DNA of 53,260 nt, the filler included, from Catajapyx aquilonaris (Eukaryota), in assembly GCA_000934665.2 (NCBI GenBank). It is 3 parts of 3 records of this genome, joined end to end, with 100 filler letters (N's around TTAATTAATTAA, not from the genome) between each part and the next. Parts side by side here need not be neighbours in the genome. Positions count along the whole stretch, not along the records: positions 16,654 to 36,521 come from JYFJ02007168.1; positions 36,622 to 53,260 come from JYFJ02007169.1; 1 more part is not named here. One strand, 5' to 3'. The position numbers and the translations under genes were made by a program. The stretch's first letter is position 1; each line of letters starts with the position of its first letter. Of this stretch, positions 35,172-46,602 are shown piece by piece. The notes under the pieces were generated by a model. That model did no database searches and was not told the origin of the DNA. It was given only the letters and a program-made list of their open reading frames with translations.

Positions 35172-36018
35172 TGTTCATATAAATTATATCAAATGAACTG
35201 TCGTGAAATGAGGAACATTTTGGTGGCATCGGGTATAACCTAGATTGTAAAATAATAATGCTAAAAAATTCGCATTATTGTTCAAAACGGACACATTTCA
35301 TATGGGCCAATGTCATTGTTAAACACATGCTAAGCGTGTGGAATTAATATGGTAGGTATACATTGTCATCTGATCATTACTATACTGTCGAAGGACAACA
35401 TCACAGGTCAAGCAGTCTTGGAAATAAAACTTCTGAAATGTCTGTTTTCCACTAATTTGGTCATCTTTGGGGTCATTTTTCTCAATGTGGGGCTGGGTTT
35501 AAGTTACCAGAAGTGTCTTTTCATACATAACATAGCGGTATATCCTCCTGACGCCCAGCGTACAGCCCTCTAGCCATTGGGTTTTAAAATTTGTGAAAAA
35601 AAATTTTTTAGAAAAAAATATTTTTAAAAAAAAAATTAAAAATTTAAAAAATATTTAAAAAATATTCTGGGCGTCAGGAGGATAAGAACTGTTCACTTAC
35701 CATAAAAATTGTTCACTCGCAACATCAAATAGCGTGGAGTAGCCTATAGAGGGCTTTTTCCGACATTTCAGATTTATTATCTCCAAGTCGGATTGACCTT
35801 GATGTTGCCCTCCAGTAGTAATGATCAGATGACAATGTACCTACCATATTAATTCCACACACTTAGCATGTGTTTAACAATGACATTGGACCATATGAAA
35901 TGTGTCCGTTTTGCACAATAATGCGATTTTTTAGCATTTTTATTTTACAATCTAGGTTAAACACGTTGCCACAAAATGTTCCTCATCTCACAACAGTTCA
36001 TTTGATATAATATGAACA
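35172..36018. mobile_element. Inverted-arm element (~220-bp arms), related to the repeat starting at 47242
   Basis: 35172-35392 pairs with 35815-36018. The nearby TTGACATGGAATGACCCAAC (~36200) is the reverse complement of GTTGGGTCATTCCATGTCAA at 47242. Confidence 0.65.
35544..35681. mobile_element. Mini piggyBac-like element with ATAT/ATAA flanks
   Basis: TIR CCTCCTGACGCCCAG...CTGGGCGTCAGGAGG, AT-rich interior. Confidence 0.75.
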
Positions 36019-36343
36019 TGAGGGTACAACAATAACTTCACCTGAAATAAATGGAACTTCCGTCTCCATTGTTTCTGAAAGACGTTGCCATATCTCCTTG
36101 GGATTTTCACCTGGGAGGCTCTTAACTTAATTTTTGGCAACACTTCAATGATTTTTATATATCAAATTATGAGATGGTCGAGCCACCAACTTGTCTGTCT
36201 TGACATGGAATGACCCAACTATTATTATTATTATTTTGCTGCAATTGATTACTACTTTGCACATCATCATTAGCAGGATCGAACTCTGAATCTTAGGTAC
36301 TCTCATCCACATCGGTGTCATCAGGCAAAAGCTCACTATTTAA

Positions 36344-36521
36344 AGGGACACTCCACTCAAAATACAAGTTGGGTTCTAAAAATCGGACAAAAAATCCTGA
36401 TTCCGAGGGCATAAGCAGTTTTTCTTAGAGACGAACGGTAAGGCCAGTGTGAAAGCTGGAAGTGTGTCGTTCGAAAACCGCGCGCGGGGAAGGTGGGCGC
36501 AGGTCGCGACGCCACCAGAGT
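36344..36521 (+). mobile_element. Kolobok-like element left end, cut by the gap
   Basis: TTAA-AGGGACACTCCACTCAAAATACAAGTTG..., same family as 48616-49886. Confidence 0.7.
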
Positions 36522-36621
36522 NNNNNNNNNNNNNNNNNNNNNNNNNNNNNNNNNNNNNNNNNNNNTTAATTAATTAANNNNNNNNNNNNNNNNNNNNNNN
36601 NNNNNNNNNNNNNNNNNNNNN
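36522..36621. other. Assembly gap (44 N + TTAATTAATTAA + 44 N)
   Basis: Artificial spacer. Confidence 0.98.
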
Positions 36622-36971
36622 CCCTCCCTCCCTCCCTCCCTCCCTCTCGTTTCAATGTCGGGCAAATCTCAAGGTTATCCCCTTGTATTCATGAAGCCGG
36701 TGCCTATCACAAGCGGAGGGAGGGGAAGGAGCGTATATTTTGCAACAAGAAATTTTGCTAGACTCATTGCCTAGGTTCTTTTTAGCCAAAAATTTGTTGG
36801 TCGAGTCATGTACGAAACTACGAATGCGTCTGTTACCTGCAAGTTGAAGGTAATCAGAGTACTACTCCATATTGTCGAGTGCCGGGGAATGAGAAATGAA
36901 ATGAAATATAAGAAATGGGATCCAAGAGAATATGGCGATTGAGTGTTTGCAGGAGGGGGAAGGGAGCTTTG

Positions 36972-37013
36972 GAAGAAGAAGAAGAAGAAGAAGAAGAAGA
37001 AGAAGAAGAAGAA
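36972..37013 (+). repeat. (GAA)14 microsatellite
   Basis: Pure GAA run. Confidence 0.95.
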
Positions 37014-37216
37014 GCGCCATTAAACCTGAACTGACGTAGGACTGTACTATTGAGTGATCGTGCAGTAATAATTATGTGGAAAGAATCGTGTGGAATTGTT
37101 CCATGTTTCTTTTTGAAGCAGCGTGTGTACAAATCAATATGCAGATATTTTGTTAGGAGGCCAAAGTTTGGACCAACACTGCGAACGCAGTCGTGCTTAT
37201 ATTTGATGTACTGTAT

Positions 37217-37326
37217 GTACTATATCGCTCAAAAAGATAGAGACGATTTTGCATTTGACTCAAGTGCATCATCCTGCACTTAGATCAAATGCAAAATCGT
37301 CTCTATCTTTTTGAGCGATATAGTAC
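37217..37326. repeat. 110-nt near-perfect hairpin (mini-MITE)
   Basis: 42-bp perfect arms GTACTATATCGCTCAAAAAGATAGAGACGATTTTGCATTTGA, with TA at both ends. Confidence 0.85.
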
Positions 37327-37654
37327 GTCTGAAGCGGCATACCAGCGGAACCAAGTGATGTATACTACACTACTTGTTTGAAAAACGAAGCGAGGATAAA
37401 CAATCAGGCGATGAGGAAAATCGGGGAATACACGACAATATATTTGCAAGTAGCTGGAGTAATGACGAGTCGGCCTGACCTGCCTGAGGGCTTCTTTATT
37501 GTTGGCAAGTGACAATGTGCGAAGAGCCATGGGGGCATGGTGTTCCCAGTGATCTTTGGCACCATTATCTTGGCGCGTGGATTCGATCTTAAAAACGGAA
37601 CCTTCTAGCTGGTGCTGTGCAGAATAGAGCTAAAGGATAGGAACGCAAAAAGCT

Positions 37655-37850
37655 ACCCCCCCTCCCTCCCCCCTCCCCCTCCCCCCTTCCCTCCCTGCCC
37701 GCCCACCCCCATTTAAGTCTGGCACATCCCGCCCTGGTCACGTGACGGCGGCAAGGTCACATTTCTCCTCAAGGTCGCACAAGTAGCTGCTTGGCGGATT
37801 CTGGCAGAAGCTGCTGCTGTGATTTGGCCAGAATGGAGCCAATTGCACAT
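37655..37850 (+). promoter_or_regulatory. Candidate promoter of the PAR-bZIP gene
   Basis: C-rich/GC boxes, palindromic E-box GTCACGTGAC (37737-37746), CAAGGTCA (37752) and TCAAGGTCG (37769) nuclear-receptor-type sites, and CCAAT (~37839), about 300 bp upstream of the candidate ATG. Confidence 0.45.
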
Positions 37851-38107
37851 GACATATCTTGCTTGGTCTGGTCCACTTTGAGACACCCTATTCCGATTGG
37901 GAGATGAACAAGTACACATTTTGCTTGTTTTTATCCCCCTCCTCCTCCTCCCCCTCCCACCTCCTTTTTTTGTACTCAATACTATCTGTGTATGCGTGGC
38001 CAGGGAGGGAGGGAGGGAGGGAGGGAGGGAGGAAGGCCGTGTATTGCAGCTGAGAGTTTGGCGGCCGTTGGATAGGTGGCGGTAGCGTGAAGGTGAAGGT
38101 TACTACA

Positions 38108-38138
38108 ATGCCAGAGTTGATGAATCGACCGTTAGATG
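38108..38138 (+). CDS. Pdp1: PAR-bZIP factor, candidate first coding exon (GC donor)
   Basis: ACAATG start, encodes MPELMNRPLD+G, then GCAAGT donor. Phase 1 matches the acceptor at 45664. Confidence 0.45.
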
Positions 38139-39896
38139 GCAAGTCCCGTTCTTTCTCCTGCAATGCATAATACTGTATCAAACCAAAACTGTACCAACTT
38201 AAATCATGCATGTATCATCGTCTGACTGCTCCAAGCCTCCAAGATAGGGTCAGTTGGGGTAATACGGATTTTGATTAGGTGCAGTTTAAAGGCATGCTAC
38301 TTCCTCAGTAATTAGCGAGTCAGAGAAAAAAGTCGTGAACAATATACCGTACCTTACCTGATTGGCTTTCAAAGTGGCCTATTGCATAACATTCATCTGT
38401 GTGGGTGCTACGAAAAATAATTCAAATATGCTCGTGGTGCACAGTGACGCACTTGCCCCGCGATATGAGGTATATGGGGTATTTTTCGGATCCTTTCATT
38501 TTTCAGTTCCTACCGTTAAGGTTCATCGAGTTTTTAAGGTGGAAATGAAGCGACTTGCTAATCAAATGAGAGTCTAGAATTGGAATGTTAATAATAAGGG
38601 CTCAAATCAGGGAAACATACGCAACCGATGCAGCAGTAAATGCTGTTCAATCATATGCATTCCATTCGAATCTGCGTTTTAAACTCGATTTAATATGGGC
38701 CTATTACCGGCTGCAGGTTTTTGTGCGCAGGCGCCATTTTCACAACTGCCAACTTAAACATGGTATCGGCGCTTTAAATGCGCTTTAACTTGAAATATAC
38801 ACTTGAAATGCGGTGTATGACGCTATTCTCGAAATAAATAATAACCCGTAATAATATTCTTGTAAGAACCCAAGTGTCCCCAGCTGTTAAAAGCTAGAGG
38901 AAATGTGCTGTCGTCTGTTGGTTTTGGTCATATGTGCCTTTATTCACAAGCATTGGAGTCAATATTAAACTGGACCATAGCGTAATCATTCTGAGATAAT
39001 AATTTGCAGCCTCCCCACTCCATGCTCCCCATCACAGCAGGAGTAACAAATTGAAACCGACCCTTTCTTACTGCTTTTAGTGAAGGAAGATCTGGCCCAA
39101 CATGTCATGTCAACGCCAAGTCTGGTGGCCTTCCAACAGAGATATCGTGCATTCATGCTGTAGGGAATTGCCCCGTCAACGGAATTTTCCCACTTGATTC
39201 AAATTAAGTCGTGTAATGTCTGTTGTAGACTGTCGCAAAATGTGCGCAAGTATCTTTAATTAGAGGCGCTTTGATCGCTCTTCGCTAGAGCCTAGAGGTG
39301 TTAAAGGGCCACTGTTTCAAAAATTAATACTCGAATAATATTATGCAGAATTTCAAACATTACACGACCCTCAGAAGGCATGCGGTGGAAGTCGTTTTTA
39401 ACGCGTCAAACGGAAGATATGAATTTTCCAAGTTTGTCCAGAGCAACATGTGGCCGCTGGTGGCGTCACGAATAAGTAACACCATGGTAACACTAACTGG
39501 AAGGGTGATTCCCTTGGTCATTCCACATGAAATCATCTCGAGGTGTTCACGTGAATTTTACATTTCCTAAATATTTTTGCAAGGAGATAGACCTATCCTT
39601 AAACTCTCCCTAAACCTTAACTGGATGCTAACTGGATTGCAAAGACGTGTCCTGTTTAAGGTTAATTGGTACCACCCTTGGTACCACCCCTGGAGAACGT
39701 CTGTTGTGATTCTGTCTCGCTAGATAGCTCCACTGGCGGTCCCAAGGCCAATACATATTGAAAATAGGGACAACGGGTCAGCTGTTAGGGTCTGGCTAGG
39801 GTACATTTATGTAAGTCCAGGCAACTGAAAATAAGTTGGCATCCCTTCCTCCGAAGGGTTGGGGATTAGGATGGAACCAGACCCCAGTTTGACCAC

Positions 39897-39940
39897 GGCC
39901 GCTTGAAGAAGAGTTGCTAGCAACTCTTCTTCAAGCGGCC
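39897..39940. repeat. Perfect 44-bp palindrome without spacer
   Basis: GGCCGCTTGAAGAAGAGTTGCT|AGCAACTCTTCTTCAAGCGGCC. Confidence 0.95.
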
Positions 39941-39993
39941 ATATACGCCAATACACTAGTACTGTAGGCTACATTACACGTACCGGTATATTA

Positions 39994-39994
39994 T

Positions 39995-40030
<36 letters not shown>

Positions 40031-40362
40031 TGTGGGTAATGCTTTCACCCCTTCCGGGGTATATCGCATGAACCTTTATTTTATTTTCCAATTTTTCTTT
40101 TAACTTCCACTCCGGTGCAAGGAATCAAGGAATTTGGGTAAGGATAGGGATTTTTCGAGGAGGGAACATGGGTGCAAGGTGCAATGTCATAGCTATGGGT
40201 CATGTGCTGTTCCCCAGGAGGTTAGGTTGCCAGACACCTCCTTGGTGCAGGTCAGAGACCCTCCCGACGCAGGTGAAAGGAAAGTTCCCCAGGCGGGGAT
40301 CGAACCTGGGGCCTTTCACTCAGCAAGCCGTGACGTTACCATCACGGCCACCACACCTCCCC
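39994..40362 (-). mobile_element. tRNA-derived SINE, family 1
   Basis: Reverse complement of the 33914 copy, with an (AAT)n run at the tail and a 17-bp TSD CACGTACCGGTATATTA. Confidence 0.92.
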
Positions 40363-40409
40363 CACGTACCGGTATATTAGCCTACTGTACTTGCCCAAAC
40401 CAATATTAT

Positions 40410-41585
40410 TATTATCCCCCCCCCCCCCATCCAAGAAATAAATGGAGGGGTGTGGTTATAAACAAGATGTGATAAAAAGTTTCCAATTATCTGGACTTTA
40501 GTATGGATAATTATGAATAGTAACAATTCAGCCAGGAAAATACCACAGTTGTTAAAGTTAATTTGGCAGTTAAATACGATTATACCTTGGAGAGTGAATT
40601 TCTGTAGGGCCTGGTAAAAATTGCTGCCACCACGTTTATTTCTTACTTACTGGGATGTAAATGTTGCTAATTAACATCAGTGGCCCCACTCAAACTATAT
40701 TGAAATTACTGTAATTACAAAAAATCTACCACGGAATTAAAAAATATTTGGGGCTATAATTGATTTTCACAGAAATTGATACACTTTGCTGTAACACATT
40801 TAACGGTGTTATTTATTAATAAATTAAAATGTGACAGTATTGTTTATTTTTTGCCGGCGCCGGTGGACTGGTGGTTAGCGGGCTCGCCTCTGGTCCCAAG
40901 GTTGTGGGTTCGAACCCGGCCGAGGTGGGTGACTTTTCTCCGGGTGGTAGAAAAGTGAGAGAGTGCGCCTTCCTTCGGAGGGGAAGTAAAGCCGTCACGT
41001 CGGTACCGTGTGCTTGTGACATTGCGGCAGTGCACGTTAAAGATCCCCAGAGTGGCCAAATTTCCAGCGGCAGAAATAGGCCGACGTTAAGCCCTACTGA
41101 AAAGAGCGTTGTTTATTTAGAATACCGTCCAATGTGATACGATAAAAAATTTCAATTGAATTAATGTGAAATGGCTTTAAAAATTCCTTAATTCAAAAAT
41201 GCAAAGAAATATCATATCTGAAAGCCATAATATTTTTGAAATTCCCTGGGAGATTTGATATGATTAATTTTAATACGGTTTTTGGGTTTGTGTGGCCCTG
41301 AGGTTCATTATTAAAATTTACGTTTCTCTAACGACAGTAAGATATAAATGTATAGTGGCAGCAATCTTTACCAGACCCCAGAGAAATTCACTGTTCAAGG
41401 TATAATCGTATTTATTTCAATTTGTTAAATGTCAAATTAACTTTAACTTTAGTATCATCTTATTAGATCTATTATTACCATTTATAATTATCCATTCTAA
41501 AGTCGAGATAATCGCAATGGAAATATTTTATCACATCTTGTTTATTACCCCACCACTCCATTTCTTGGGGGGTGACCGAATAATA
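40410..41585. mobile_element. Inverted-arm element hosting a SINE
   Basis: 40430-40645 pairs imperfectly with 41337-41570. Confidence 0.65.
40853..41143 (+). mobile_element. tRNA-derived SINE, family 2 (Deu/Nin-domain-like)
   Basis: A box TGGACTGGTGG and B box GGTTCGAACCC. The core CCTTCGGAGGGGAAGTAAAGCCGT...GCACGTTAAAGATCCC resembles Deu/Nin SINE domains. Confidence 0.75.
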
Positions 41586-41587
41586 TA

Positions 41588-41893
41588 CAGGGTGTATCAG
41601 TCACGGGTCAAGCGCGCGCGAGGGGGTGGGGGAAAATCGTAGGTGCGACAACCCCGGTCGGGTTTATAAAACAATTAGAAATACGGCAGTAATAAATTTA
41701 TTTATTACGGCCGTATGGCGTGACGTCACGTCTTTCTGTTCGAATTGAGCCTGGCGGGCACGGCAAATGCAAGGCAAGAGTGCAGTGGTTTGAACGTGTT
41801 TGAAGCTGGTTGAACGGCTTTTTAGCCTTGCTGGTTGCACTGAAAAAGGCGCTCTCATGCTACACCGGCAAAGTACTGAACAAAGTAGTGTAC
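41588..41893 (+). mobile_element. Half copy of the 2695-3271 MITE
   Basis: TA-CAGGGTG... colinear with 2695-2985 and ends near the palindrome centre. Confidence 0.85.
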
Positions 41894-41903
41894 CAGATCT
41901 CAT

Positions 41904-42902
41904 CACACGTTGGAGTGTAAAACTCCATCGAAATATTAAATAATTTTAGTGCCATTTAACCATTATAACATTAAATATGGCCGCCAAAAGTCGGATAATA
42001 AACTTTTCAGCTACATGCTTGGTATGAAATCATACGTCTTTGAGGGTGCAGAATTCAGTGGTGGCACCGAAAATAGTACCAGACAATTCCAGAAGTAATA
42101 CAGTGAAGCCTGTCTATAACGGACCCTGCTTATAGCGTAAACCTGTCCATCACGGAAAATTTTTAGGGTCTCGATTCTGCTATAGGCTACACAAGTTTCA
42201 TAGTAATAAACTCTTTGAAAAGATGTACCTATGTTTTCATTTTACACAGACCGTCAGACACGAGAAGTGGAATTAATATTATACAGCAGCTAATGTGCAT
42301 TTTAGAAAGATAAGGTGTGTTTATAGTTTTTAAAAAAATTAGTCCGAGCATCCCATCCGACCACTGGGTAATGCAATCAGAACCATTCGTATACATCATT
42401 TTTTGAACATCGACCTTCACATGGGCGTAACAGGGGTAGCTACATTGAAAAAACAAGTTTTTCGCGAATTTACATAAAGAGCACCGTTTCTTGCAGGGTC
42501 CACTTGCGATCAGCTCTTCCGAGGTTTCCGCGACATCTGCAATGGTTGACCCTGGTATACCACAGCCGCAAATAGATTTTTTCCATCCCCAAGTATCTGG
42601 TGGTGGCTGTGTGTGGCTATGTAGAGCAGAATCGAGACCCTAAAAATTTTCTGTAAGGGACAAGTTTTCGCTACAAGTAGGGTCCGTTATAGACATGTTT
42701 CACTGTATTACTTCTGGGATTGTCTGGTTCTATTTTCTGTACCACCACTGAATTCTGCACCCTCAAAGACGTATGATTTCATACCAAGCATGTAGCTGAA
42801 AAGTTTATTATCCGACTTTTGGCGGCCATATTTAATGTTATAATGGTTAAATGGCACTAAAATTATTTAATATTTCGATGGAGTTTTACACTCCAACGTG
42901 TG
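41904..42902. repeat. 1-kb inverted duplication with a Tigger-like MITE (42101-42705) at its centre
   Basis: About 280-bp arms. Inner element TA-CAGTGAA.C.TGTCTATAACGG...CCGTTATAGACATGTTTCACTG-TA. Confidence 0.85.
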
Positions 42903-43049
42903 TGAAAATAACATGACATACATGATAAATAGCTATGAATAAGAGCGGTATTCCGAAATATATTATTCTTGATGACCGCCATTTTGATGAATTAATTACT
43001 GGCTAATTAGAGCCTAAACACTTGGGGTCTGGGGCTATAAACGTTCAGG

Positions 43050-43420
43050 AAGGGATGTAGTATCAGCACCGTAAATGGCATCTTCCCTGCCAGAAGCGAA
43101 ACATTCTGCCACTCTTTCGGACGTTCCGACCCCACTGGCCGCATACACAGTTTCCTGCCAGAACTTGCGCTTTAGACCGCCAATGGCGCCACCATCGAGA
43201 ATCTACCTGTCCATAGTAGTCCTTGTAATACGAATATCTTGAGGATTTCTCATATGCAAGGAAATCCAATTGTATAGAGTGGTCTATTATGGTTTTTATT
43301 AGAGTGTATTTCCATTGACACTTCCGGGATCAATAAGCCAGCAATCCACGTCAGCACCCATGTCACGGAATAGCTTCTTTAAGTTCCCCATCCAGGGAAT
43401 TTGGCTTGAGGAGGGAGATT
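43050..43420 (-). mobile_element. Possible decayed transposase fragment
   Basis: The minus strand reads YSYY..YYGQ/(frameshift)DGGAIGGLKRK, loosely like the HGKG..DG.GG..KR motif of some DDE transposases (possibly Academ-type). Confidence 0.25.
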
Positions 43421-43717
43421 TTGGCGCCTTCCCGTTTCGAGCCTCATGAAGTAGGTGGCTGTGTTTCTTGGGAGTGAAAAAAAATTCGGATAAAAAAAAT
43501 GTTGAACCCTTTCAACCTCCAACAGATAAGCTAGTAACCAGATCGGAGTGGCGCGTCGGTTCCCATTCAATATTATATGAGGAAAATTCTCCGTTTAGTT
43601 AGGGAAGAGGTGTAGCTCAGTCTTTGGACAGAAATGGTATGCATACTGAATATCAACACACCTTCCATCCTTCCATGTCTGAATACATGTCAAACTCTCA
43701 TATACGACACCTTATCT

Positions 43718-44080
43718 GATTTATTATTTTTATTTTTATTATTTTTTAACGTTTCCCCGTGATAAGGCTGAGCCTTTTCAGGGGGTGGAATACCACCATT
43801 TCACTCCATTTTCATATATTAACTTCATTCACCGGTGCAAGGAGTCAAGGATGTAGGGTGGGGATAGGGATTTTTGGGGAGGGAACATAGGTGCAAGTGC
43901 ATTGTCTGAAAAGGGGTCATGTGCTGTTCCCCAGGAGGTTAGGTTGCCAGACACCTCCTTGGTGCAGGTCAGAGACCCTCCTGACGCAGGTGAAAGGAAA
44001 GTTCCTCAGGCGGGGATCGAACCTGGGGCCTTTCACTCAGCAAGCTGAGACGTTACCATCTTGGCCATCTACACCTCCCC
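43718..44080 (-). mobile_element. tRNA-derived SINE, family 1
   Basis: Full head, body and tail, with TSD CCTTATCT. Confidence 0.92.
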
Positions 44081-44619
44081 CCTTATCTTAATTAAAAAAT
44101 TATTAACCCTCTGGCCGTCGTATCCGTGATTTACGGAAACTCGCTTTGAGATTTTTTTTTGCAAAGAATCTATAAATCGTAAAGGAATGCGGGTTTCGGC
44201 ATATTCACAAGCTATGCTGGACAATGCTTGTACGAAAGGCTCCGCACTTACAAACGCGATTTGGCCGACGCTAATGAAGTTAAAGATACGCAAATTTACC
44301 CATGCCATGAAATTATTCAATCCGCAAGTCACTTCAGCCGCATTATACGCCGCAGGTTGGTGTAATGGATATGAAGAGCACAGGGGAAAAACGGGGAATG
44401 TCACAAAAAATGTCCATGAAAAATGGAAGAAATAGCTTTATTTCTTCACGTGTCTAAAGAATAATAGGGATATCTTCACGTCATTATATGCAACTGTCAC
44501 CCTTGTACCCATGGAAAGCCTCCAGGTATAAGTGTCACCTATGATACTCTTGTACTGTGCACTTGGCTGGAACCCCAACGGAATTGGACATTCCCCGTTT
44601 TTCCCCTGTGCTCTTCATA

Positions 44620-45027
44620 TGGTGTCCGATTGCTAATCGGGAGGTCCTGGGTTCGAGTCCCGGGGCCGGAGATCCTGACCGTGATTTATTTCTGTGGTTT
44701 CCCACGGTCCTCCCAGGAAAATTCCGGGGTCGCTTCCACAGACGTCCCCTTCCTATCCTATCCATGACCCATCCTTGGTGAGGTGCGGTGTCTGTGAGGG
44801 GTTTCTGACCCGCACCTCGGGGATGTCTTGCAACCTGACCCCTGGGGGACTGCACACGACCCCCAAAAATTAAGACAACGCACTTGCACCAGTGTCCCCT
44901 CCTCACAAATCACTAGCCTGATCCCTGCACCGGAGAAAAATGCGAAAGAAAAATCCGTAAGAAAAATGGTGGTAATCCACCCCCTAAAAGGGCTTCGTAC
45001 CCTCCAATCGGGTAAAAACAAAAAAAA
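44620..45027 (+). mobile_element. Mosaic SINE: different tRNA head and extra module with family-1 body and tail
   Basis: B box GGTTCGAGTCC. An extra segment (44670-44780) is followed by a body homologous to 34005-34258. Confidence 0.8.
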
Positions 45028-45663
45028 TTGACTGGGCCAGAAACATTTGTTACACCCTGTATTAAATGGAAGAATGTCATGGGTATCAAAATATGGTAGG
45101 TCATCTGGTTTTTCCGTTTGAGGAAGTGCCAGAAAATATGGCATGTGGTTTATCATGTAGCCCGTGTTGCCGTCTTGTGCACGATGTGAACTTTGAGTAT
45201 ACTAAAATATTTGTCGTGTCTTTTACATAGTTGCTAGGTGTTTAAGTCAAAAATGACAAAAATGTGGGTTATCGTGTTTTTCCACCGCACCCCTCATTTG
45301 TTCTCAATATGTATCCACAGGTAAGGATCTATAGTTGCTTCATTTCGTGGCATTTCCGGGTCGTATAGAGCTGAAAAAGCGCCAATAGAAAGACATTGCC
45401 AGTGAGGGCTCGCATCAGCATGGCTGACCAATGCAAGCTCTGGGGTTCTTACTTTTCTCTTCTCGGAATAACTGATCGCACTCGCTCAATTAAGTCATTT
45501 TTACCAGATCTTTGATCAGAGACCGACTGTAAATTGAATGCTGTGAGTGTCCCTCGAATGAATCTGGCTCCTTGTGGAGAATGTGCCCTCCTCCAAGGGA
45601 ATTTGGGTACAACATTCTCTTAACATATTTAAAATATCTGCTTTAAAAGAAATCCTATTTTAG

Positions 45664-45794
45664 GTGGAAAAATGAAGGAGGAATGTAACAACGGCAAGAA
45701 GGACGGTGACCCATGGGCACCTTTTGATTCTCAGGCAGCCTTCCTGGGACCCACCCTTTGGGACAAGACCCTCTCTTGCGACGCAGACTTCAAG
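45664..45794 (+). CDS. Pdp1: PAR-bZIP factor (Pdp1/HLF/TEF), activation-domain exon
   Basis: ctattttag acceptor. Encodes GKMKEE...AAFLGPTLWDKTLSCDADFK, then GTATGA donor. AFLGP.LWDKTL is the PAR-family TAD motif. Confidence 0.92.
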
Positions 45795-45982
45795 GTATGA
45801 GTCTCTTCTGCATCCTGTACATAAGACTTGATTGCATCACCTCAAAATTGTCCAGTCAGAAATAAAATTTTGAAAGCAAAATTTCCCTACGTTGCGTCGT
45901 ATAACTGACGCCAGCTGAGCCCATAAAACGATCGCGAAACACAACCGCAAAATTCCTAACTCAGACCACGTCGCAATGCCAG

Positions 45983-46352
45983 CTGGAGTACGTGGACCTG
46001 GACGAGTTCTTTGCCGAGGGAGAGCTACCCCTGGAGATGGCCGTACCTGGGTCGGCTGGACCTGGAGCGGATCTCTCCAAGCAGCACCCGGGGGCTGGTG
46101 GTCCTCCTCCTGGCCCTCACAACCCGGGGGCTGCTGGAGGAGGCCATCTTCAACAGCCCCCGCACCACCACCAACCAAGCAGCTTACAGCACCCGCAGCA
46201 CCCGCATCCGCAGCAACACCCTCACCACCCGGACCAGCAGGGGCCACCCCCTCCTCTGCCACCCCAGGGAATGCCTCCTTCTCCAAAGTCACCATCCATG
46301 TCGTCTTCCAGGAGCTCCACTTCTTCAAGCCCACTGCCTGGAAGACATTCAG
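45983..46352 (+). CDS. Pdp1: PAR-bZIP factor, LEY.DLDEF and Pro/His/Gln-rich exon
   Basis: CTAAC branch-like motif at 45956, then ccag acceptor into LEYVDLDEFFAE. G|GTATCT donor, phase 1. Confidence 0.9.
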
Positions 46353-46423
46353 GTATCTCGGTATACGTTGATGCAGTGCTTGTGTTGGGTCACAGGTCTT
46401 TTTACTTGTCTGGTCTCCTACAG

Positions 46424-46509
46424 GGAGACGTGATTTTGATCCACGCAACCGTTCATTTAGTGAAGAGGAGCTTAAGCCTCAGCCGATGATAAAGAAGTCC
46501 AAAAAGCAG
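46424..46509 (+). CDS. Pdp1: PAR-bZIP factor, PAR domain exon
   Basis: ctcctacag acceptor. Encodes RDFDPRNRSFSEEELKPQPMIKKSKKQ, then GTACAT donor. Confidence 0.95.
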
Positions 46510-46602
46510 GTACATGTCAGGACATGTGCGGTAGGACCGCCATTGAATAGACTCGAGTGACGTAGGCTTAATAGCTGACACGTCCGGAAGGTTCCGTTGC
46601 AG

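Noticed and set aside
39807..39814. TTATGTAA D-box in the PAR-bZIP intron, and scattered CACGTG sites
   Set aside because: Similar motifs occur elsewhere in this AT-rich window, so they cannot be distinguished from chance.
45837..46448. 203-aa minus-strand ORF and alternative + frames over the PAR-bZIP exon
   Set aside because: Shadow ORFs of a GC-rich, Pro/His/Gln-coding exon.
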